DNA of 63,065 nucleotides, filler included, from Thraustochytrium aureum (Eukaryota): assembly GCA_012862495.1 (NCBI GenBank). It is 5 parts of 3 records of this genome, joined end to end, with 100 filler letters (N's around TTAATTAATTAA, not from the genome) between each part and the next. Parts side by side here need not be neighbours in the genome. Positions count along the whole stretch, not along the records: positions 50,562 to 63,065 come from BLSG01000126.1; 4 more parts are not named here. The stretch is one strand, 5' to 3'. Below the pieces are notes generated by a model. The model was not told where the DNA came from. It did no database searches and was given only the letters and a program-made list of their open reading frames with translations. The translations under genes were made by a program, and so were the position numbers. Every line of letters begins with the position of its first letter. Positions within the stretch are counted from its first letter, which is position 1. This document shows, piece after piece, positions 53,803 to 63,065 of the stretch.

Positions 53803-55037
53803 CTAGTCAAAGTCTGCTGCCAGTCGTTCGGCCACCAGCTCGCCAATCGCCATCGAGCTCGTCAAGCCAGGGGACTCGATGCCCAACAAATGGACCAAGC
53901 CCCGCACGCCATGCTCGCGGCGCCCTAGCACCGCAAAGTCTTGCGCGCCAGCCGTTGCGAGCTTGGGCCGAACACCCGAGTAGTCTGGCACGAGCGCTCC
54001 GTCTGGGAGTCCTGGCCAGTACGTTCTGATCGCCTCGTAGAACGTCTCGGCGCGCTCCGGTCTCACAGCATAGTCAATCAAATCAGGGTCACGCACACCC
54101 TCGAGCCACTCTACGTCGGGTCCAAACCTTGCCCTGCCGGCGATGTCCACCGTCACGTGCACGCCAAGTCCAGCCTCCTCGGGAACGGGGTACACCAGCC
54201 GTTCGAACGGGCATGCGCAACCCTCGAGTTGAAAATAATTTCCCTTCGCAAAACGAGCCTCAGGGAGCCAAGAAGGAGAATCTCTGCCACCAGCCGCAGC
54301 CGACGCTGCGGCGAGCCCCACCGCGCGCAGCCCGGCCGAGTTGACGACCAAGTCAAAGTCCTCCGCAAACCCGTCCGCGGAGACGCGCACCTTCCCGCTG
54401 GGTAGCCCCACCACGCTCTCCACAGAGGTGCCTAGCGAAACCACGCACCCGTGCGCTTCGGCGTCCCCCTGAATCGCAAGCATGAACGCGTGCCCATCGA
54501 CAACGCCAGTCTCGGGCGAGAACAGTGCCTCGACGCACGTCAGTTCGGGCTCCATCTCGCGGGCCACGCGCCCCGGCACGCGCTGCAGCGCATCGCCATG
54601 CGCGGCGTCCATCCCGTTCGCCACGCTGCGCTCCAGCAGCCGCTCCAGCACCGCCACCTGCGCCTGCGACGTCGCCACGATCAACTTGCCGCGCTTCTTC
54701 ACCGGCACGCCCCTCTCCTCACAAAACGCATACAGCATCCGCCGCCCGCGCACGCACAGCCTCGCCTTGGCGCTCTCCTTCGCATAGTACATGCCTCCGT
54801 GCACGACCTGGCTGTTGCGCGCGCTCGTCTCGANNNNNNNNNNNNNNNNNNNNNNNNNNNNNNNNNNNNNNNNNNNNNNNNNNNNNNNNNNNNNNNNNNN
54901 NNNNNNNNNNNNNNNNNNNNNNNNNNNNNNNNNNNNNNNNNNNNNNNNNNNNNNNNNNNNNNNNNNNNNNNNNNNNNNNNNNNNNNNNNCCCTGCCAGGC
55001 CGGACTTGCTCGGGCTCTGCCTGCCCTGCGTCAACAT
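53803..55037 (-). CDS. L2HGDH: L-2-hydroxyglutarate dehydrogenase (FAD-dependent); N-terminal part in gap
   Basis: ETSARNSQVVHGGMYY...KARLCVRG, GKLIVA, SPETGVVDGH, VVNSAGL, AKGNYF, LVYPVP, GLGVHVT, RFGPDVEW, YSGVRPKL, LLGIESPGLTSS. Start at 55037 is tentative. Confidence 0.88.
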
Positions 55038-55381
55038 CAGGAAGGCCTAGCCCTCGCGCTCGTACTCGTGGCCCCCGCAGTGCCGCGCCCCAGCGCGATG
55101 CTCACGTCACTTGGAGGGTAAGGTGACGAGCGGCACCTTCGACGTGGGTCGCGCGGGATTCGGGCGGCGCCGCGTCACAGAGGAGGGCTGGTGACGTGCG
55201 GCAGCGCGCTGCGCGGCGTGGGCGGACGGAGCTCGCGTCATTTAGAGGTCCAGGTGACGTGATGTGCGTGCTTTCGTGGAGTTCGCAAGGCCTGCGTGAC
55301 AGGTGGACGTCGAGTGACGAGGCGTGAGTTGAGTGGTCAAGCCCTGCGAGGCCGTTTCGCGCCGGACAAGTGAGGTTGAGA

Positions 55382-56597
<1,216 letters not shown>

Positions 56598-57248
56598 CTC
56601 GAGCGGCAAAGCTCAGCTCGCGCCCGCCCGTAGAGATTCGTTCTGAAGAAGAGAAACCAGCCGGCCCAGCTCGGCCTCTCCAACCCGGGCCATCGCGCCT
56701 TCAAGTTGTGCCCGCTTCGCTCGCAGCCGCCCGTCCGGCGGGAGCGAAGGCCAGGCTGAGGTGACGACCTTCAACTTTGACGTTGCAGCAACCTCGAGTT
56801 CGCCTTGCGCGGAAAGCCCTGCAGAGCAGCGCGAGCGCGGCAGGGAGACTCTGCGGCGCCACGCTCATCGAGGCGCGCTGCCGCCCGTNNNNNNNNNNNN
56901 NNNNNNNNNNNNNNNNNNNNNNNNNNNNNNNNNNNNNNNNNNNNNNNNNNNNNNNNNNNNNNNNNNNNNNNNNNNNNNNNNNNNNNNNNNNNNNNNNNNN
57001 NNNNNNNNNNNNNNNNNNNNNNNNNNNNNNNNNNNNNNNNNNNNNNNNNNNNNNNNNNNNNNNNNNNNNNNNNNNNNNNNNNNNNNNNNNNNNNNNNNNN
57101 NNNNNNNNNNNCTGTACCAGCAAGCGCGAGGGGCGCGGCGCACGGAGCGGCGGACGGCGCGGCGCGCGCGCGCGGGGCGTGGCGCTTTTCCTAGAGTTGC
57201 GGGCGGGCAGCCGGGCGCTGCGCCGTTGGCCGGGTTTGGGCCGACAAG

Positions 57249-59321
57249 ATGGACAAGGCCGTCGTGGACCTCTCCGGGGCCGTCTCAGACACAGAGTCGG
57301 ACGACGGCGCCAAGGGCAAGGTGCCAAGGATCAAGCACCGGGAGAGCGGCAGCGCTATTTCCAGGCCCGCGGTGGCGCGCAAAGCCGCAGACCGAGCGCA
57401 AGCCGGCCAACGCGACAGGGACTCCTTGGACCTTGCCGCAAAGAACGCTTTGAAGGCTCTTCGTAGCAAGATCCAGAACCGTACTCGGGCTCCGAAGCGA
57501 GCTGCGAAAGGGGCCGCCGACGACGTCGCCCCGGACTCGCTCAAGCGGCATGCGGCGGGCCCAAGCGTGCTAAACGCGACCGCCAGGGCAACGCCGAACG
57601 GCCATGCAAGCACCGGACTCCCGCTTGAATCCTCCTTGGCGGCCGCAGATCTGGGACCAGGCGACCTGCTTGGCGGTGCTGCTCGCAAAGCCGGCGAGCC
57701 CCACCCACCAGTCGGCCCTGCGCTGCTCGAGTCCGCACAGAACGCTGCCTCTGCCGCTGAAGCGCCAGCGGTGACTGCTGCGGCTACTCCAGGCTCTCTT
57801 GGAAGAGCAGAGTTGGCCGAAAAGGGACCGAGCGTCGAGGCGCCCACTGTCGCCGAGCAAATCGACTTGCTGACTCAGAAATACGCGACGTTTCGCAAGC
57901 TCATGCCTCAAAGAGTTTGCAAGCAGAGGTTCTCCCCGAGCGAGTGGCCGATGGTCATCAAGCTGATGGAAAAGCTCGGCTGGGTTAACAGCCGCCACCC
58001 GAGCAAGCAGAGGCAGGGCGTGTTCGTGCCAAGAGGCTCGCCAACGTTGACCACTATCGATGGTTTGGAATGTGGGCGGCACTATATCGATTCCAAGACG
58101 CAGGTCGAAGCGTTGCTCTCAAGCAGTTCTCTGACGGCCTATGCCCTTTATTCGATGCGCAGATTGAAGGATTTTGACGGCCCCGAAATCGTTGGCGTGC
58201 GCGCGGGCGATCCGCTGGCGTACTACAACTCGGTGGTTAAAACGATTACCGCTGCAGGAATTCTAGACAACAGCGCTGCGCCAGGAGTAGGCGACGGCGG
58301 CCCGGCGCCAGCGACCACGGTGGGCGAGCAGAAAGGCGCCAGCCAAATTGGCAATGTGCAGCACTCTCCTCGTCCCAACTCGCCCGCAAGCGCGCAAGAG
58401 CCTGCAGTTTCCGCAGCAACCGGCTCCCGCGGTTCAGTTGCAACTGACCAGCCTTCAGCAGCGACGAACCCTAGACCCGCCAGCGCGCCAGTGCACGAGG
58501 TCCCTGACGAAGGAGGCGTTCAAGGTGACGGGAACGGCGCCCCGGTGGCGGCGACTGCAGCAACATCAGGGGTTGGTGTAAAGGCGCCCCGCAGCAACGA
58601 TGCGGCGCCGCATCTGGCGTCCCTAAAGGCGTTTTCTAGTTGGGCCGTTGACCATCTTCCCTGGGTCGCGGTCGGCGGCGGGCCAAGCCCGACTCCAACC
58701 GAGATGAACGATGTCGTCGCCTCGATGCGGGACGTTTTCCAGCCTGGGTCGCGCTTCCTGGAGGTCGGGACGCCGGAAGGGGCTGCGCAAGGCAGCTGCG
58801 TCTTTCAAGTGGCCGCAACAGTTGGCTGCCCCTGTGTTACTCTTGGGGCTGCCAGGCCGTCTTTAGAGGATATTCTGCAGAATGCCAAAAAGGCCTACGA
58901 CAAGTGGATTGAAGATCAAGGCCTCGCAGCCGGAAGCGTGGCCGTGAAGCCTTGGCCGCTCTCTGAAAGTGTGACTGGTGAGACGGCGGTTTTGTCGACC
59001 GTCGTGCTCAGCCGAATCGCGGAGAGCGAACAGGACACCAGCGAAATGGATTCCTTTGTCTCGTCGACGTTGATGGGGATGAAGGTCTCGAGCACCGTGA
59101 TCAGTATGCGGCCCTTGCCGATGATAGATGCGGCATTGCGAAATGGAGAGTCGGCCCTTGCGCAGATCGTTTTGCGCAAGGAGGTGCCGGCAGTGACAGG
59201 CGCCGTCATGTACGTTAAGCAGAGTTCGCGCTGGGTGTGCCGAGCTTGCAACCGAGCCCATGACGCCAACGTGCGCCGCTCCCCGCCGATCTCGTGCGCG
59301 GCATGTGGCGCAGCGAGCTAG
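57249..59321 (+). CDS. Multidomain protein with degenerate DOT1-like methyltransferase fold and C-terminal C4 zinc ribbon
   Basis: FLEVGTPEGAAQGSCVFQVAATVGC, AKKAYDKWIEDQG and MGMKVSSTVISMRPL resemble DOT1 segments; WVCRAC...CAACG is a zinc ribbon. The CDS is secure; the family is tentative. Confidence 0.6.
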   Translation: MDKAVVDLSGAVSDTESDDGAKGKVPRIKHRESGSAISRPAVARKAADRAQAGQRDRDSLDLAAKNALKALRSKIQNRTRAPKRAAKGAADDVAPDSLKRHAAGPSVLNATARATPNGHASTGLPLESSLAAADLGPGDLLGGAARKAGEPHPPVGPALLESAQNAASAAEAPAVTAAATPGSLGRAELAEKGPSVEAPTVAEQIDLLTQKYATFRKLMPQRVCKQRFSPSEWPMVIKLMEKLGWVNSRHPSKQRQGVFVPRGSPTLTTIDGLECGRHYIDSKTQVEALLSSSSLTAYALYSMRRLKDFDGPEIVGVRAGDPLAYYNSVVKTITAAGILDNSAAPGVGDGGPAPATTVGEQKGASQIGNVQHSPRPNSPASAQEPAVSAATGSRGSVATDQPSAATNPRPASAPVHEVPDEGGVQGDGNGAPVAATAATSGVGVKAPRSNDAAPHLASLKAFSSWAVDHLPWVAVGGGPSPTPTEMNDVVASMRDVFQPGSRFLEVGTPEGAAQGSCVFQVAATVGCPCVTLGAARPSLEDILQNAKKAYDKWIEDQGLAAGSVAVKPWPLSESVTGETAVLSTVVLSRIAESEQDTSEMDSFVSSTLMGMKVSSTVISMRPLPMIDAALRNGESALAQIVLRKEVPAVTGAVMYVKQSSRWVCRACNRAHDANVRRSPPISCAACGAAS

Positions 59322-59793
59322 CTAGCTTGGTTTGCCGATGTTGAAACCAGCCCAGCCCCTGGAGTAGTTTCGCGTGCATACAGTGTTTTTTTTCAAGGAC
59401 GTTTCGTGTCAACACCGGAAGGCCATCGCTCGTCAGGCTCTTCGCCATCTTCAGAATTTTGGTTGTCATTTCGATTCCTACGGGACTGGGCTGGGGACTG
59501 ACTCCTCATAACGCGGCCTCCGTCGCGTGCAGAGATGTCCCGTCTCTGACTGCCTGAGGAGGCAGCCTAATCTCTCAGGCCGCCTGAGGAGTCAGCCTAT
59601 TCTTTAGCGTCTTCTCCGTAGTTGTGGAACCATGGATCAAATCAAGAAACGAGCGCTTCATCAATCCGAACTGAACCGGCATGGGACTTGTCGGGGTGCT
59701 GCCCTGTTGATACTGCTTCCCTTTGCAAAGCACAACGGCCTGGTTGAGTAGAGTACTTTCCCAAGAAGAGCAATCTCTCAATTGAAAATCAGT

Positions 59794-61414
59794 TCAGATC
59801 CCTTTGCCCGGGTTCATGCGGCCGTCCGGGTCAAAGGCGCGCTGCACACGGCTCATGAGGTCAACAGCGCTTTGGCCGTGCTCCACGGGCAGCCACTTGC
59901 GTTTTCCATAGCCAATGCCGTGCTCCCCAGTGCAGGTGCCTCCCATGTCGATCGCGCGCTGCACTAGGCGGTCGTTCACAGCGAACATTCTACTAAAGTA
60001 CTCTTGCGACTCGCCCTCCGGTTTGGCCAGCAAGATAACGTGAAAGTTACCGTCTCCGACGTGCCCAAAGATGGGGCGGTCAACCCCGCCTCCTTGACGT
60101 CCCTCGCCGTCGCATCAATGCACTCCGCAAGCCGTGAAATGGGTACGCAAACGTCAGTCGGGCACCCGCGGCTGCCCGGCCGCAGTTGAAGAACCGCGTA
60201 ATACGCTTGATGGCGAGCCTTCCAAAGGCGGTTGCGCTCCTCCTCTGCCGTCGCCATGTGAAACTTGCCCGCCTTGCCGTTCTCGTCGGCGAGGTGCTCC
60301 ATTTGAGAGATTTGCTCCGCGATGGCACGTTCCGTGCCGTGAAACTCGAGAAAGAGGCACGGCCGCTCGAGAGGCAAGAGGTCTTGCAGCTCTGCAAACC
60401 GCCGGTGCACTGCTGCCATGGACAGTTCGTCAAGATACTCTGCGCGAGCAAGGGGGATGCCGTACTGCATGGCCGTGACGACCGTATTGATAGCACCTGT
60501 TTCGCAACGCGTTGGGCCAATTGAGCGTCAGTACAAGGAGGAGGGGGCCGGCACGCATAGACCTCGCGGAACTCACCTTCCGTTGAATCAAAGGCGCAGA
60601 CCGCGCTTGCAACTGCTTCTGGCTGGCCGAAAAGGCGCAAGTTGACTTCTGTGATGCATCCCATCGTCCCCTCGCTGCCAACGAGGAGGGAGGTGAGGTC
60701 GAATCCGGCGCTCGACTTGCGTGCGCGCGACCCTGTCCGCACCACAGCCCCGTCCTCCAGCACACAGGTGAGGCCCATGACGTTCTGCTTCATGGTTCCA
60801 TACCTCACGGAGTTTGTCCCCGAGGCGCCTGTGGCAACCATGCCGCCAATAGAGGCGTCCGCGCCGGGGTCGACCGTGAAGAACAGCCCGCTGTGCTTCA
60901 GTTGTTCGTTCAGGTAGACTCTGGTGCAGCCGGCTTGGACTCGGCAATCCATGTCGGCCTCATTGACTTGCAGGACGGCGTTCATGTGCTGCGCAAAGTC
61001 TACGCAGAGACCCCCGCGCAGCGCTGCAACATGCCCTTCAAGGCTCGTGCCCGCGCCAAAGGGGATCACGGGAGCCCCAAGCCGTTTCGCGACCTTCATC
61101 GCTTCGCTGACCTCCTCCGTAGACCGTGGAGCGAAAACAACATCAGGGAACACAGAGCTTGGGTCGTGAAAGCTCTCGTCCGTCCCATGCGCCAGCAGCA
61201 CAGCGTGGCTCGTCTGCACCTGCTCGCGCCCAAACAGGCCTTCAAGTTCCCTTTTCAAGTCTTCTCTCCCACCCCGGGCGTCGCTCTCGGCGTCCCACCG
61301 CAGCATCGCCGGTGGCGCCAGCGGCCTCCCCGCGGTGGCTAGCCCCCGTCGTCCCGCGCGCAGTCGTCCAGCGATCCGCGGCCAGCCAGCCCGGGCGCCA
61401 GGCAAGCGCCACAT
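59794..61414 (-). CDS. LDHD: Mitochondrial D-lactate dehydrogenase (FAD-linked); intron 60497-60576; frameshift at ~60075
   Basis: Arg-rich presequence, HGTDESFH, PFGAGTSLEGH, DPGADASIGGM, RYGTMKQNV, RKSSAGFDLT, GSEGTMG, TDVCVPIS, GHVGDGNFH (after adding one C), GTCTGEHGIG, MNPGK. Confidence 0.93.
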
Positions 61415-62029
61415 GGCGAGTAGGGTGCCAATCCGAAGCGAAATCGAAGCGAAATCGAAGCGAACAAAACCACAGCCAAAGCCAAAGCCAGCCAAACCAA
61501 AGCGAAAGCCCGAGCCCAGGCCAGACGGGGCGGTCTTCGCAACGCAGCCCACGCAGCCCTCTCCGCCTGGAGGCGCCAGCCCGCGCTCGCCTTCTGCCAG
61601 CACAGCGCCCGCAGCTCGTACCTACTCGCGTTTGATTGGAATAGTTAAAGTGCGAATACAGCCAAGCATCTATCCACCGTATTAATTCTCTCGTCCCGCG
61701 TTAAACACCCAACCCTTAGGTTAGGGAGACACCCAGGAGCACTTCTTTGTTCACCGATAACCTAAATCGACAAGGGGTAGGGGGTAGCGTGCGAGTGCGG
61801 CGCGGGAGGAGAGAAGTGTTCCTTGATCACTGGGATTCAGTCCCAGCGCCTTGGGGGGAGGAGTTGGGCAGGGCAGAGTCCCATTGGCGCCGCGGGCTGC
61901 GGAAGCGCGCAGCGTCGAGCGAGTGGCCTGCGACGAGGTCCCGGAGCGGTAGCGCGCTCTCACGGAGCCAAGCAGGCTGCGTCTCGCGTAGGTGTTGTGG
62001 TGGGGAGCTCGACGCAGCGGCCCGGAGGC

Positions 62030-63065
62030 ATGGGTGACGCCGCGGGCTGCGATGCGCCCGGCGGCGCCGGCGAAAGGCCCTACGTGAAGCGCAGCAAGAG
62101 CAAGCTGCAGCGGCAGGCAAGCTTGGTCGAAAAGCAGTTTGTCGCGGAGCTGTTCAGCAACCCGGACATCGCGAGGCGCCAGGTGCTCGAGAGGTGCGAC
62201 GTGCTCGCAGACGCCTGCACGGTGCTCAACCGTTGGGCCCAAATCGAGGGCGCGTACGGGACGTCGCTGGACAAGATCATCGTCTCAGCAAACAAGCTCA
62301 ACTCGCTCAAGGGCGCGAGCGGGATGGTCAGCGCGATTGCAGCGGTGGTCGGGTCGTTCCAAAGCCTCGGCAAGCACCACCTGGGCTTGCAGCACAGCAT
62401 CCTCGCTCAGGTGGGCAGCGTGCTTCAGCCAATGTCCAAGGAACACCAGCGCCAAGTTGCTGACTTGACCGCCGACCAGTTGGCGCTGCAGAAGGAAGCA
62501 ATCGCGCTGCGCGCGCAGTTGGTCCGAGCCAAGGAGAAGGCTGCCGAGTCCGGCCGCCCGGACGACACCGTTGCCGTCCAGCAGGCCTCGCGCAAGTACG
62601 AGGAGCAGACGTTGCTGCAAACCAACGGGCTGCGCCACTACCTCGCCAACCTGGTCAGCCTGTGGGTGCACCGCGACGAGGTGCTGCTCGACAGCCTGGA
62701 TGGCATCGTGGAAGCAAACCGCCACGTTACCAGCTTTAACGAAGAGGTCGTTGTGGCTCTCCAGTCGATTGTGGCCTCCATCGACGTCGACGCAGAGCTG
62801 CGCACAGAGGTCGCCTCTATTGTCGCAATCCCCAACTCGGGCCAGCAAGCGGTAGACTCGACAGCGCAAGGGCCGGTGGGCCGAAAGCGGGACGAAAGTG
62901 CCCAAGTGGACTCAGCCGAGCGAGAAGAGGAAAACAAGGACAAAGAGAAGGACGACCCGCCCGCGCGCACGGCCTCAAGCACCCTGGACGGCCCGTCACT
63001 CGCTGGGATTGTCTACGAGCAGCTCGGGACAGTCGACCCGGACGTCGCCTCAGAGAGCGTGGACG
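62030..63065 (+). CDS. F-BAR (FCH)-like coiled-coil protein, 3'-partial (runs off window)
   Basis: Open frame from ATG 62030 to the window end, absent from the ORF track. CDVLADACTVLNRWAQIEGAYGTSL and GKHHLGLQHSI..QV...L resemble the F-BAR R-A-x-I-E-x-x-Y-x-x-x-L signature. Confidence 0.65.
   Translation, partial: MGDAAGCDAPGGAGERPYVKRSKSKLQRQASLVEKQFVAELFSNPDIARRQVLERCDVLADACTVLNRWAQIEGAYGTSLDKIIVSANKLNSLKGASGMVSAIAAVVGSFQSLGKHHLGLQHSILAQVGSVLQPMSKEHQRQVADLTADQLALQKEAIALRAQLVRAKEKAAESGRPDDTVAVQQASRKYEEQTLLQTNGLRHYLANLVSLWVHRDEVLLDSLDGIVEANRHVTSFNEEVVVALQSIVASIDVDAELRTEVASIVAIPNSGQQAVDSTAQGPVGRKRDESAQVDSAEREEENKDKEKDDPPARTASSTLDGPSLAGIVYEQLGTVDPDVASESVD

Overview
GC-rich, gene-dense, intron-poor EUKARYOTIC draft sequence. 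Short GT-AG introns with CTRAC branch points are readable in at least six genes. The style and gene content suggest a stramenopile protist such as a thraustochytrid, but that is inference only. The window is not one locus: four identical artificial spacers (44 N + TTAATTAATTAA + 44 N) join five separate scaffolds (1-7342, 7443-17575, 17676-36235, 36336-50461, 50562-63065). About 11 frameshifts in homopolymer runs break otherwise intact genes and are most likely sequencing errors. After repairing frames and introns I read about 33 protein genes. They include a TTL-family ligase, GST, Roc-COR GTPase, copine, MAD2, an MFS/SVOP transporter, a BART-domain protein, SCFD2-like SM protein, CAMK kinase, L2HGDH, an LRR protein, LDHD and an F-BAR protein. 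I see no RNA genes, CRISPR arrays or recognisable mobile elements. The most interesting items are: (1) a single-chain DOMON-copper monooxygenase-DOMON-cytochrome b561 fusion that would carry its own electron supply; (2) an SH3-like + TIR/HET-like + TPR putative immune receptor; (3) a close homologue of the Dictyostelium 34-kDa actin-bundling protein; (4) a type I membrane protein ending in a beta-adaptin ear platform; (5) an ankyrin-SAM protein with a DNA-ligase-type SWIM finger; (6) an SLF2/Nse6-like protein with a PIP box; (7) a degenerate DOT1-like protein; and (8) a recurrent intergenic AGTAGAGTA motif. All family assignments come from motif recognition by eye; no database searches were run.
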